DNA of 61,031 bases from a virus (taxonomy: Duplodnaviria; Caudoviricetes). Positions within the stretch are counted from its first letter, which is position 1. The number at the start of each line of letters is the position of its first letter. The translations under genes and the position numbers were made by a program. Positions 47,348 to 56,830 of this stretch are shown piece after piece. The DNA lies in IMG/VR virus record IMGVR_UViG_3300027763_000003, positions 1 through 61,031 of that record. One strand, given 5' to 3'. A model generated the notes under the pieces. It ran no database searches. It was not told the origin of the DNA and saw only the letters and a program-made list of their open reading frames with translations.

Positions 47348-47574
47348 AACGTACCTCGTCCTTTGCAGGTAAAGCAGGCTGTGTCTTCGTGATACCCTTC
47401 CCCGCTCCCGTTGCAGGTTGGGCAAATGCCTGCTTCATCATCTTCGGGTAGGTACGCCAGCAAACTTTCGCGCGGGAGGTCAGCAAGCAACTCCACCACA
47501 GCGGTGGAGTCCCCAATCTCAAAATCGCGCTTGATTTGCTCAATAACGTCATTGATCAATTCAGCGTTTTTCAT
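47344..47574 (-). CDS. Small protein with a DnaJ-type CxxCxGxG Zn finger
   Basis: CPTCNGSG...CFTCKGRG. Confidence 0.6.
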   Translation of the reverse strand: MKNAELINDVIEQIKRDFEIGDSTAVVELLADLPRESLLAYLPEDDEAGICPTCNGSGEGYHEDTACFTCKGRGTF

Positions 47575-47579
47575 ATGGT

Positions 47580-48020
47580 TCACCATGATGATTGGTAGGT
47601 GAATGACCACTCGTCGCCCAGTTCCCTGCTCAGCAGTTCCTTGAGTTCCTTGTGGGTGCGCTTGACCTGTTCCCAGTACCAGTCATCCACCTCGGCGGCT
47701 CCAAAGAAGAACCCGCCTTGTGGTGGTAGCAGTTCCGCAGCCTTGTCGGGGTTGGCGATCACTTCCCCGCACAGCTCCATTAGCTTCATCAGGTCATCAA
47801 AACTGACGTAGTACTCCTGACAATTGTCTTCCCCGTCCTGCACGTTCTCCACAAACCATGCGTGGATCGCGTTGGCCTTGCGCCAGTACATCCCCTCGTA
47901 GTTCAGGTGGGTAAGCTTCATCCCAGCGGCTTCCGGTACACCATCCACTGTGGGCGCGGCGTCTTCATCAGACGACCAGCTAGTAAATTTCTTCGCGTTC
48001 AGGTACATATCTAGACCCAT
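47580..48020 (-). CDS. Conserved phage protein (MGLDMYL family)
   Basis: MGLDMYL...YWRKANAIHAWF...LLPPQGGFFFG...YQSSW; AAGGAG RBS. Confidence 0.8.
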   Translation of the reverse strand: MGLDMYLNAKKFTSWSSDEDAAPTVDGVPEAAGMKLTHLNYEGMYWRKANAIHAWFVENVQDGEDNCQEYYVSFDDLMKLMELCGEVIANPDKAAELLPPQGGFFFGAAEVDDWYWEQVKRTHKELKELLSRELGDEWSFTYQSSW

Positions 48021-48091
48021 GATTCTCTCCTTGTTACAGTTGCAGCCATCGAATGATGACCCACAAACCCAGCTCGCTGGGCTTGTAGATA

Positions 48092-48310
48092 TCACTCGCG
48101 CGCTTCCCCTAGCTGTGCGGTTTCGTGGTTAATGATGGCGTCCAGCTGCTCCAATACGTTGGCGCGGTTGCCCTTCAGCCCGAATTCAGTGCGAATGATC
48201 GAATAGCAGCTCTTGCCGCCTTTGACCTTCAGACCCTTGATCTCCAGCCGTAGACCGGAGCGCAGCACCATCAGGCGATAGAGTGCTATTTGGCTTGGTT
48301 GCGTGATCAT
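48092..48310 (-). CDS. Small hypothetical protein
   Basis: LRLEIKGLK...IIRTEFGLKG; start reassigned. Confidence 0.6.
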   Translation of the reverse strand: MITQPSQIALYRLMVLRSGLRLEIKGLKVKGGKSCYSIIRTEFGLKGNRANVLEQLDAIINHETAQLGEARE

Positions 48311-48513
48311 CATTGCTGCGCCCATTTCATGCCGAACACGCCTGGAAAGAATTCCGTGGTGGTAGCGTCTTGCGACAGCTTCACATAAACCCTGCCGGTG
48401 CTGCTGGGTTTGTGTGGCTCTCGAGCGCCGACCAGTAAGTACATCTCCCCGCGAAACGTGGGGTAGTACTGTCCAAGCTGCGCCTCGCGCCCTGTTGCGT
48501 CCAATAGTTTCAT
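48310..48513 (-). CDS. Small hypothetical protein
   Basis: PHKPSSTGRVYV...EFFPGVFGMKW. Confidence 0.6.
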   Translation of the reverse strand: MKLLDATGREAQLGQYYPTFRGEMYLLVGAREPHKPSSTGRVYVKLSQDATTTEFFPGVFGMKWAQQ

Positions 48514-48578
48514 ACTCTCGCCTTTCTTTGTGGTGGGTCACATTTGCCCCCAAAGCCCCGCGCGCGAGGCTTTGAGTG

Positions 48579-48770
48579 CTATCTGTGCAGCACGTTTTGC
48601 GCGGTGTGGATTGCCTCGGTCAGCTCTTCCGTCATGGCAGAGTCGGGCAGCTCGCAGCTATTAACGCTCGCCCAGTAAATCAAGTTCCCCAGTGCTTCGC
48701 GCAGAGCTTGGGTTTCAGTGACTGGGGCGTGGCAAATAGCGTCTATTTTTTGCTCGGTGGATGTTTGCAT
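48579..48770 (-). CDS. Small hypothetical protein
   Basis: In a packed minus-strand series. Confidence 0.5.
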   Translation of the reverse strand: MQTSTEQKIDAICHAPVTETQALREALGNLIYWASVNSCELPDSAMTEELTEAIHTAQNVLHR

Positions 48771-48772
48771 TT

Positions 48773-48964
48773 TTAGCCTTTTGCGTTTGTTTGGTATTCC
48801 CTGCGACCCTGGTCGATCAACCGGCGCGCGTGGTCGCGGTCTTGCGGCTCTTCGCTGGCGATCATTGCGCGCAGCTCTTGTGCCCGTTTTATGCGGCTGG
48901 CGGGTAGTGATAGGCGTTCGTATTGATAGCCCGCTTCGTGGTAGGCGTGTTCGGTGTGTATCAT
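48773..48964 (-). CDS. Small hypothetical protein
   Basis: In a packed minus-strand series. Confidence 0.5.
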   Translation of the reverse strand: MIHTEHAYHEAGYQYERLSLPASRIKRAQELRAMIASEEPQDRDHARRLIDQGRREYQTNAKG

Positions 48965-49131
48965 TCTTGGATTACCTTGTAGTCGGTTATGGATTGTTCA
49001 GGGGTAGCGTCCAGCAGTAGATTTATGGCTTCGAGCGCTGCCGGTAGGGTCGCAAAGCGTAGGGGCTGGTCGTTTTCCGTCCAGCTGTCAGCCCACCACC
49101 CGCGAAAACGGGTCAAAACAAGCCAGCTCAT
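48961..49131 (-). CDS. Small hypothetical protein
   Basis: MSWLVLTRF..., ATGA-coupled. Confidence 0.5.
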   Translation of the reverse strand: MSWLVLTRFRGWWADSWTENDQPLRFATLPAALEAINLLLDATPEQSITDYKVIQE

Positions 49132-49316
49132 GCGCGCACCAGCTGGTACATATTCCAGCCACAAGTGATCGTGATGTGTCCGTGGTGCAACATTTCGTCA
49201 ATCATGGAGCGGTCGAATTTGTGCCAGCCTGTCCAGTCGGCGGGGTGTCGCGCTACTTCGTGCCAGCCTTGGCGGTCGTTTTTTGCGTGGTATGCGATCA
49301 TTAGTGCGTTGCTCAT
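49128..49316 (-). CDS. Small hypothetical protein
   Basis: GAAAGG RBS. Confidence 0.5.
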   Translation of the reverse strand: MSNALMIAYHAKNDRQGWHEVARHPADWTGWHKFDRSMIDEMLHHGHITITCGWNMYQLVRA

Positions 49317-49379
49317 GGGTTGCCTTTCATTGGTTAGGGGTAGCCCGTAAGCCCTGCGCGTCAGGGCTTACAAATAGCC

Positions 49380-49637
49380 CTATATCGTGCAGCAGCCACA
49401 GCACGGGGCGTCCGCGCAGCGTCCGCGCGGGTTGCGGTAGTGGATCGTCCGCCCGTGTTGCCCGTTGAACATGATCACGCCGGCGGGGGCGTATATCGGC
49501 GCTGTCTCCATGTCTCCAGGCTCGTGGATCCAAGCTTTGCGGGTAATGGTGTCGTATTGGATCTCATCTCCAGCATTGAACCGGTGGCCGGTGATTGCGT
49601 CCCGTCCGGCGTATTTGGCGATCATTGTCTTAATCAT
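49380..49637 (-). CDS. Small Cys-tailed conserved phage protein
   Basis: AKYAGRD...GDEI...RNPRGRCADAPCCGCCT. Confidence 0.65.
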   Translation of the reverse strand: MIKTMIAKYAGRDAITGHRFNAGDEIQYDTITRKAWIHEPGDMETAPIYAPAGVIMFNGQHGRTIHYRNPRGRCADAPCCGCCTI

Positions 49638-49640
49638 GGT

Positions 49641-50327
49641 TCAGGCTTTCAGGATAGGGATTACTCGGCGCGCCAGCTGGTCGGTGCGCTTGGCGCGTGT
49701 GCCGTGGGCTCGGAAACCGACAATAAAGTCGCGGTCGGCTCGGCTGCACCATGCGTCCCAATTACCGCAATTCTCGCAAGTCGATTCTGCGCGGGTCTGC
49801 GCTTCGCATACGACAATGCGGCGACCTTCGGGCGTGAATGACAGTTTGGGCGTATCGCTTGGCACAATGCACACCACTGGCAAGCCGTGGGCGCTGAGCC
49901 GGTCGGCGTGTCCAGCATCGTCCGCGCTCAAGTTCACGACAAAGCCCCAAGCATTGGCGGCGCGTATCCACTTAATTGCCTGCGGCTGGTGCTTGTGACT
50001 GTATGCAAAGCCTTTGCGGCCCGTATTGGCCTTAACAATCACCCCCAGCTCGTAAGGGTCGACTAGCTCTCCATCGCCTGGAAGATCGCCGGCGATACCA
50101 TAACGCCACAATTGCAGCGGTGGCAAGTTGCGGATATAGCTGGCGAGTATGTCAATTGGGACCCCGCGAGCTGGCACTTTGTCCCACTGCATACGGGTGT
50201 AAAAGTCTTCCCCGTAACAGTCCTGCCCGTAGTGTGGGCAGCTATCGGGGCAAGTTTTTCGGAGCGAGTAAGTTTGCGGTATTGGTCCGGTTTTCCGGTT
50301 CGAGCTGGCGCGGATAAATGTGTACAT
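49641..50327 (-). CDS. Cys-motif protein (Gp88-like / radical-SAM-fold-like, possible Fe-S)
   Basis: NRKTG...TCPDSCP...CY, GDL, YSH, VNLS, CxxC...C, GFRAHG. Confidence 0.55.
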   Translation of the reverse strand: MYTFIRASSNRKTGPIPQTYSLRKTCPDSCPHYGQDCYGEDFYTRMQWDKVPARGVPIDILASYIRNLPPLQLWRYGIAGDLPGDGELVDPYELGVIVKANTGRKGFAYSHKHQPQAIKWIRAANAWGFVVNLSADDAGHADRLSAHGLPVVCIVPSDTPKLSFTPEGRRIVVCEAQTRAESTCENCGNWDAWCSRADRDFIVGFRAHGTRAKRTDQLARRVIPILKA

Positions 50328-50793
50328 AGTGGCGTCCTATAGGTAAGCGAAAAGGGTATAAGCGAGGGCGCAGCCAATAGCTACAACCAGCGCAGCAGCA
50401 GCCCACGGGCTGGGGTGATTGGTGGGGGTGTAGTGCTCACGCATCATGAGCCCCTAGCTGTTTTTGAATGTAGGCCAGCGCGAGCCATAGCTTGGCAAAT
50501 GTCCGGCTTTGTCCGGCGTAGTTAGTGACAATCCAACCGGCAGCGCCTGGTTCTAGTGTGTATTTCACAGTGCAGCCCCATCATGGATAACGTCCGCCAG
50601 CATTACTGTGACGTCATAAGCTTTTCGAGCTTTGAAAAAAGCGGCTGCGAGCTGCTGGGCGGCGTATGAGCTGGGCGCGTGTACTGTTGTTTGCTTGCCG
50701 CGATAAAACGCAATATAGGGTCGCATGGTTAGCCTTTTGGGTTGTCGGCAAAATCGCCGTCTATACCCTCGCGGGAGGGCATAGGCTGCAGTT

Positions 50794-51084
50794 TTACAGT
50801 GCTGGGAATAGTGTAGGAACCAGCTCGGCGGCTGCGCGCAATTCTTTTAGCTGGGCATAGTAATCGGCGTAGTCCATGCCGATATCCGCAGGGTAAACAA
50901 CGTCGCTAAGGTCGTAGGCGCGCATCACGCCGGCCTTTGTGAGCTGGGTTGTGGGGTGCAGTAGGTAATCAATCCCTCGATCAATGTCCAGCATGATGAT
51001 CGCCCCATTGTCCAGGCGCTTGGCGGCTATGCGCTGCCCGTGCTCGGTGTAGGTGCGTCCAGTGTTGAATGCGATGGTTTCCAT
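50794..51084 (-). CDS. Hypothetical protein, first gene of the leftward operon
   Basis: GAAAGGA RBS; FNTGRTYTEHGQRIAA. Confidence 0.65.
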   Translation of the reverse strand: METIAFNTGRTYTEHGQRIAAKRLDNGAIIMLDIDRGIDYLLHPTTQLTKAGVMRAYDLSDVVYPADIGMDYADYYAQLKELRAAAELVPTLFPAL

Positions 51085-51341
51085 GTTCGTCCTTTCGGGT
51101 AGTGGGTTAATGCAATAGATGCCCGTCTAATGTCTCATGTGCTGCATATCATGTCAAGGGGTTTTTGTACAGTAAAACGGGGAAAACAATTAATAGAATT
51201 GAATGTGTCGACCAGTCACGGAATAGACCCAGCAGTGCAAAGCCTGGACCCAGCAGCCACTATGCAAACGCGCGAGTCGTGATATAGTCCTCCCGTTCTC
51301 AATAAATACCGGTCGGTCGCAATAAAGGCGGGCAGTACACA

Positions 51342-52070
51342 ATGGCAAAGCAAACCACGCAAAAACTAACGCGCGAGCAAATCAAGGCAGGCTTGGACAC
51401 TATCCCAGTAGAAGTGCTTCTATCGGCTGGTAAGGGTAAGACACCACAGCTCACAGCAAAACAGAAGGCATTCGCTCATGCAGTAGCGCTAGGGAAACCA
51501 AAGGCTCAGGCCTACAGAGAGAGCTACAAGGCAGACGCCACACCGGCAACAATACACACAGCCCCGTATGAGCTGGCAGCAAACCCTGCGGTCGCTCGGG
51601 AAGTGGAAGCCTATAAGTTGGCCATCGAGGCTGAAAAACATCGAACACCCCTACAACTGAAGGCTTTACTGGTGCAGCAGCTGGTTGCCCATAGCCTGGA
51701 CGATGACTTCCCCCCAGCGTCACGGGTGCAGTGTCTCAAGCTGCTGGGCTCGCTGTACGATGTAGGCGCGTTCATTGAGCGCAAAGAGATTACGACAGTG
51801 TCGCGCAGTGACGATATCCGCACTCGCTTGCTGTCCAGGCTGCAGGCCGTCACTGTAGACGCTGAGCCGGTAGATGATGCGCTCGATTTGCTCGCTGAGA
51901 TCAAGAGCGCCAAGGCCGGCAGCGACCCCACCGCACCCGTACCCCCCGAATCAGGCGCGCCGCGCGCGGGTCCGCCTACACATACTATTCCACACATTCG
52001 ATCTGAAGAAGAATCCAATCCAGTTGATGATTCAGTTGATGATTCAGTCGATGATTTTGACCAACTGTAA
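51342..52070 (+). CDS. terS: Terminase small subunit (putative)
   Basis: LTAKQKAFA...AQAYRESY HTH-type N-terminus; upstream of TerL. Confidence 0.65.
   Translation: MAKQTTQKLTREQIKAGLDTIPVEVLLSAGKGKTPQLTAKQKAFAHAVALGKPKAQAYRESYKADATPATIHTAPYELAANPAVAREVEAYKLAIEAEKHRTPLQLKALLVQQLVAHSLDDDFPPASRVQCLKLLGSLYDVGAFIERKEITTVSRSDDIRTRLLSRLQAVTVDAEPVDDALDLLAEIKSAKAGSDPTAPVPPESGAPRAGPPTHTIPHIRSEEESNPVDDSVDDSVDDFDQL
52021..52056 (+). repeat. 12-nt tandem repeat x3 (CAGTTGATGATT)
   Basis: Encodes PVDDSVDDSVDD at the TerS C-terminus. Confidence 0.85.
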
Positions 52071-52163
52071 CAAAGTTATAGTTGAAACACCCCCCCGGTC
52101 TGTTTCTGTACAAAAATGGGGTGGGGGTATATTTTTTTAACAACTGTAACAATGTTATAGATG
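52062..52163. promoter_or_regulatory. Tandem palindromic operator-like sites
   Basis: CAACTGTAACA-A-AGTTATAGTTG (52062-52084) and CAACTGTAACA-A-TGTTATAGATG (52141-52163). Confidence 0.7.
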
Positions 52164-52208
52164 AAACATCCAAAGCTACTACATACCGTAAAGAAGAAGG
52201 AGTACTAC

Positions 52209-52430
52209 ATGACTGAGAAGCAGAGGACTGTCTTCCTTGTGATAGATGAGTACTGGAAGAATTTTGGCTATGGGCCGTCCATTGATGACATCATGTACCA
52301 GACTGGTGATAAGGGGCGGGGTAATGTTCATCGGATTGTGAAGAAGCTTTGTGAGCTGGGGATTTGCAAGCGGATGAGCAGGAGCGCTCGAAGTGTGCGG
52401 CCAAGCTATTTGTCGATGAGGAATATATGA
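52209..52430 (+). CDS. LexA-type DNA-binding-domain-only protein
   Basis: MTEKQRTVFLVIDEYWKNFGYGPSIDDI...NVHRIVKKL matches the LexA winged HTH; no peptidase domain; AAGGAG RBS before ATG 52209. Confidence 0.75.
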   Translation: MTEKQRTVFLVIDEYWKNFGYGPSIDDIMYQTGDKGRGNVHRIVKKLCELGICKRMSRSARSVRPSYLSMRNI

Positions 52431-52681
52431 AGACAATCATCCATGTGAATCAACATGTTATCAAGGCCAACAAGAAGACTGGCGCGAATGACCCTGTGCT
52501 GACGGTGAAAACCTACAAGGACAACAGATACGCTCATTTTGTTCGGATCAAGGGCGACAGTACTATTGTGTACTCGCCTGACAAGCCTTTATCTTGTGGA
52601 GCGCATGTTTGGATAGAGACACACGGGGATGTGATCCTGGATGAAGACTACTTTGCGGCTCTTGGCCCTTGCAGTAAATGA
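52427..52681 (+). CDS. Conserved small phage protein
   Basis: IHVNQHVIK.N...LTVK...YSPDKPLSCGAHVWIET. Confidence 0.7.
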   Translation: MKTIIHVNQHVIKANKKTGANDPVLTVKTYKDNRYAHFVRIKGDSTIVYSPDKPLSCGAHVWIETHGDVILDEDYFAALGPCSK

Positions 52682-54177
52682 ATATTGATGCACTGAGTAA
52701 GGCTATTGCTCTTCTTCCTGTTAATGAGCAGGAGGCGTTCTTTGATGAGCTGGATGAGTACCGGGCCAGTCTTTTGCGTGAGGAAGCGCAGGAGGACTTT
52801 CTGAAGTTTGTTCACACAATGTGGCCGGGCTTTATTGATGGACGCCACCATAAGGTGATGGCTCGTAAGTTCCAGGACATTGCGTCGGGGAAGATCAAGC
52901 GGCTGATCATCAATATGCCACCACGGCACACAAAGTCAGAGTTTGCTTCTTACATGTTGCCGGCCTGGTTCTTAGGTAAGTACCCTAACAAGAAAATCAT
53001 CCAGACTTCAAACACGGCTGAATTGGCTGTTGGATTTGGCCGGAAGGTGCGTAACCTTGTTGGCAGTGAGCAGTACTCAAAGATCTTCCCTAACGTGAAT
53101 CTGCGCCAGGATAGTAAGGCGGCTGGCCGTTGGTCAACGAATAAGGATGGTGAGTACTTCGCTATCGGTGTCGGCGGAACAGTAACAGGTAAGGGTGCTG
53201 ACCTATTGATCATTGATGACCCGCACTCTGAGCAGGAGGCCGCGCTTGCTTCCGGAGATCCGTCGGTGTTTGATAAGGTATATGAGTGGTACACATCTGG
53301 TCCACGCCAGCGTCTGCAGCCAGGCGGATCTATCGTTGTTGTTATGACCCGCTGGGCCAAGAGAGATCTGACGGGCCGGATTATTCAGTCTTCCCTTGAT
53401 AAGGATGGAAACGACGACTGGGAGGTAATTGACTTCCCCGCCATCCTGCCTAGCGATAAACCCCTTTGGCCGGAGTTCTGGAAACTTGAAGAGCTGGAGG
53501 CACTGCGATCTGAACTGCCAGCCGCGAAGTGGAATGCACAATACCAACAGAGCCCAACCTCTGAAGAGGGCGCGATTGTTAAACGTGAGTGGTGGAAGAT
53601 CTGGGAGAAGGAAGACCCGCCCCGCTGCGAGTTTGTTATCCAGAGCTGGGATACTGCATTCTTGAAGACAGAGCGGTCTGACTACTCGGCTTGCACTACC
53701 TGGGGTGTTTTCTACATGAACGAAAACTCCGAGGACGCTCACATCATTCTGTTGGATGCATTTAAAAAGCGTATGGAGTTTCCTGAACTTAAAGCCAAGG
53801 CGTTTAACCATTACAAAGAGTGGGAGCCGGATGCGTTTATTGTTGAGGCCAAGGCTTCGGGAGCGCCGCTGATATTTGAATTGCGGGCAATGGGCATACC
53901 TGTCCAGGAATTTACTCCAAGTAGGGGAAATGATAAGATGGTGCGGATTAACTCTGTAGCTGATCTATTTGCCAGTGGTAAGGTTTGGGCTCCGTCAACA
54001 CGCTGGGCTGATGAATTAATTGAGGAGATGGCTGCATTTCCAAATTCAGACCACGATGACTTGGTTGACTCCGCTACCCAGGCACTGATCCGTTTCAGAA
54101 AAGGCGGTTTCATTCGGCTGGCAACAGATGAGCAGGATGAAGTACGTTCATTCCGGCGCAAAGCATCTTATTACTAA
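52678..54177 (+). CDS. terL: Terminase large subunit
   Basis: MPPRHTKS Walker A, LIIDDP Walker B, MTRW, SWDTA, VEAKASG, HDDLVDS. Confidence 0.95.
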   Translation: MNIDALSKAIALLPVNEQEAFFDELDEYRASLLREEAQEDFLKFVHTMWPGFIDGRHHKVMARKFQDIASGKIKRLIINMPPRHTKSEFASYMLPAWFLGKYPNKKIIQTSNTAELAVGFGRKVRNLVGSEQYSKIFPNVNLRQDSKAAGRWSTNKDGEYFAIGVGGTVTGKGADLLIIDDPHSEQEAALASGDPSVFDKVYEWYTSGPRQRLQPGGSIVVVMTRWAKRDLTGRIIQSSLDKDGNDDWEVIDFPAILPSDKPLWPEFWKLEELEALRSELPAAKWNAQYQQSPTSEEGAIVKREWWKIWEKEDPPRCEFVIQSWDTAFLKTERSDYSACTTWGVFYMNENSEDAHIILLDAFKKRMEFPELKAKAFNHYKEWEPDAFIVEAKASGAPLIFELRAMGIPVQEFTPSRGNDKMVRINSVADLFASGKVWAPSTRWADELIEEMAAFPNSDHDDLVDSATQALIRFRKGGFIRLATDEQDEVRSFRRKASYY

Positions 54178-54185
54178 GGACAAAT

Positions 54186-56636
54186 ATGTCTATTGAAAAA
54201 TCACTCTCCTCCGCTCCAATGGGTTTGGAATCACTTGCACCTCCAGAAAATGATGGAATTGAGATTGAGATTGAAGATCCGGAGTCAGTTGATATCCATA
54301 TTGGTGATACTGAAATAAAAATTGGAAGCGTTGAAGATGATTTTGATGCCAACCTGGTTGACGAGCTGGATTCAGATGTAGTTAGCCAGCTTGTTTCGGA
54401 GTTGATTGAAGATTTTGAAGATGACGTTAACTCCCGCAAGGAGTGGATGCAGACCTATGTAGACGGACTCGAGCTACTGGGTATGAAAATTGAAGAGCGG
54501 GCTGAGCCCTGGATTGGCGCTTGCGGTGTTTATCACCCACTCCTGTCAGAAGCAGTGGTTAAATTCCAGGCCGAGGTGATGATGAGCACCTTCCCTTCGG
54601 CTGGACCCGTCAAAACACAGATCATTGGCAAAGAAACCCCAGAAAAGAAGCAGGCTGCTACCCGTGTGGCTGCAGATATGAATTATGAACTCACGGATGT
54701 GATGACAGAGTTCCGCCCTGAGCATGAGCGTATGTTGTGGGGCTTGGGTTTGGCTGGTAATGCCTTCAAGAAGGTGTACTTTGACCCAAATCTTGACCGC
54801 CAAACCTCCATTTTTGTACCGGCTGAAGACCTGGTTGTCCCTTATGGCGCTTCAGATCTGCAAACTGCTGACCGGATTACCCACGTTATGCGGAAAACGG
54901 AGAATGAAATCCGTAAACTGCAGGTTGCTGGCTTCTACTCGGACATTGATCTGGGAGAACCCAACAATAACTTGGATGATGTTGAGAAAAAGATCGCAGA
55001 GAAGATGGGATTCCGTGCAAGTACGGATGACCGCTACAAAATCCTGGAGATCAACGTCAATTTGGACCTGGAAGGGTTTGAAGATACAGATAAAAACGGT
55101 GAACCAACCGGTATTGCCCTGCCATACATTGTTACAGTTGAAAAAGGCAGCGAAAAATGCCTGGCAATCCGCCGCAACTGGGATAAAGACGACAAGCTCA
55201 AGAGCAAACGCCAGCACTTTGTGCATTACGGCTACGTTCCTGGCTTTGGCTTCTACTGCTTTGGCTTAATCCACCTTGTAGGCGCGTTTGCTAAGTCCGG
55301 AACATCTATTCTGCGCCAACTTGTAGACGCTGGAACCCTGGCTAACCTACCAGGCGGCTTTAAGACCCGGGGATTGCGTGTTAAGGGTGACGACACACCA
55401 ATCGGCCCAGCGGAATGGCGTGATGTTGACGTACCTAGCGGGACTATTGCTGACAACATCATGGCTCTCCCATACAAGGAGCCAAGCCAAGTACTGGCAA
55501 TGCTGCTGGACAAGATCGTGGACGAGGGACGGAAGTTTGCTTCTGCCGCCGATATCCAGGTGGCTGATATGTCCGCCAACTCTCCTGTCGGCACAACCCT
55601 GGCTATCCTTGAGCGCACCCTGAAAGTAATGACGGCGGTACAAGCCCGCATTCACTACTCCTTCAAGCAAGAGCTGATCCTGCTGCGCGACATCATCCGC
55701 GACTATACGCCTTCGACGTACAGCTATGAGCCAGATGAAGGATCACCCAAGGCTAAGCAGTCGGACTATGACCTTGTTACAGTTATCCCAGTATCGGACC
55801 CCAATGCAGCCACGATGGCGCAGAAGATTGTCCAGTACCAGGCTGTCATTCAACTATCTCAGCAAGCTCCTGATATCTACGACCTGCCGCAACTGCACCG
55901 CCAGATGTTGGATGTACTGGGTATCAAGAATGCAGAGAAGCTGGTCAAGCTTGAGGAGGATGAGTTGCCGGTTGATCCAGTGACTGAGAACATGAATGCA
56001 CTCAATGGCAAGTCCATGAAAGCTTTTATATCCCAGGACCACAAGGCCCACATGACGGTCCACCAGATGTTCATGCAAGATCCAATGATCATGCAGACCA
56101 TCGGCCAGAACCCAAAGGCAAACCAGATCATGGCCGCACTGCAAGCTCACAATGCTGAGCACTTGGCCTTTGAGTACCGTAAACAGATTGAGCAGCAGAT
56201 GGGTGTACCCCTACCAGCCCCGGGCGAGCCATTGCCAGAGGATGTGGAAGTGCAGTTGTCTCAACTCATGGCTCAAGCTGGTCAGCAAGTTAATCAAGCC
56301 AACTCAGCCAATGCCCAGCAGCAGCAAGCTCAACAGCAAGCTCAAGACCCGCTCATTCAAATGCAACAACAGGAACTACAACTCAAGAACGCAGAGATCC
56401 AGCGCAAGCAACAGAAGGATCAGCAAGAGATGCAGCTTAAAGCCAGCCAGCAACAGTTGGAAGGTATGAGCCTTGAGAACAAAAAGCAAGTGGACATGGC
56501 CCGCATTCAGGCTGAATCTATTAATGCCCAGATGCAAGTTCATTCTGCAGAAGCTATTGCTCAAGCCAAATTGCAGGCAGAGAATGAACGTGAACGTCAA
56601 CGCCTTATGGCTAGTATGTACAAGGGTCAAATATGA
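54186..56636 (+). CDS. Portal protein with a P22-like C-terminal helical barrel
   Basis: 816 aa directly after TerL; HPLLSEA, FKKVYFD; Q-rich coiled tail. Confidence 0.85.
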   Translation: MSIEKSLSSAPMGLESLAPPENDGIEIEIEDPESVDIHIGDTEIKIGSVEDDFDANLVDELDSDVVSQLVSELIEDFEDDVNSRKEWMQTYVDGLELLGMKIEERAEPWIGACGVYHPLLSEAVVKFQAEVMMSTFPSAGPVKTQIIGKETPEKKQAATRVAADMNYELTDVMTEFRPEHERMLWGLGLAGNAFKKVYFDPNLDRQTSIFVPAEDLVVPYGASDLQTADRITHVMRKTENEIRKLQVAGFYSDIDLGEPNNNLDDVEKKIAEKMGFRASTDDRYKILEINVNLDLEGFEDTDKNGEPTGIALPYIVTVEKGSEKCLAIRRNWDKDDKLKSKRQHFVHYGYVPGFGFYCFGLIHLVGAFAKSGTSILRQLVDAGTLANLPGGFKTRGLRVKGDDTPIGPAEWRDVDVPSGTIADNIMALPYKEPSQVLAMLLDKIVDEGRKFASAADIQVADMSANSPVGTTLAILERTLKVMTAVQARIHYSFKQELILLRDIIRDYTPSTYSYEPDEGSPKAKQSDYDLVTVIPVSDPNAATMAQKIVQYQAVIQLSQQAPDIYDLPQLHRQMLDVLGIKNAEKLVKLEEDELPVDPVTENMNALNGKSMKAFISQDHKAHMTVHQMFMQDPMIMQTIGQNPKANQIMAALQAHNAEHLAFEYRKQIEQQMGVPLPAPGEPLPEDVEVQLSQLMAQAGQQVNQANSANAQQQQAQQQAQDPLIQMQQQELQLKNAEIQRKQQKDQQEMQLKASQQQLEGMSLENKKQVDMARIQAESINAQMQVHSAEAIAQAKLQAENERERQRLMASMYKGQI

Positions 56637-56830
56637 TTGATAAATACCTGGACCATTTGTCTGCAAAGATAAATGACAAAGTATCCCAACTCCAAGTGAA
56701 CATTGCTGATGGTAAGGCAATGGATTATGCGGAGTACAAGAAGATGTGCGGAGAGGTTAAAGGTCTGCTCACTGCACGTTTATACATCACAGACCTACAA
56801 GAAAGACTGAAAACTAATGACGATGAGTAA
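56633..56830 (+). CDS. Small head-module protein
   Basis: DYAEYKKMCGEVKGL. Confidence 0.65.
   Translation: MIDKYLDHLSAKINDKVSQLQVNIADGKAMDYAEYKKMCGEVKGLLTARLYITDLQERLKTNDDE

Noticed and set aside
52062-52163. Canonical host SOS boxes
   Set aside because: Spacing is N9, not the N8 of CTGT-N8-ACAG, and the conserved flanks extend beyond a LexA box; treated as a phage-specific motif
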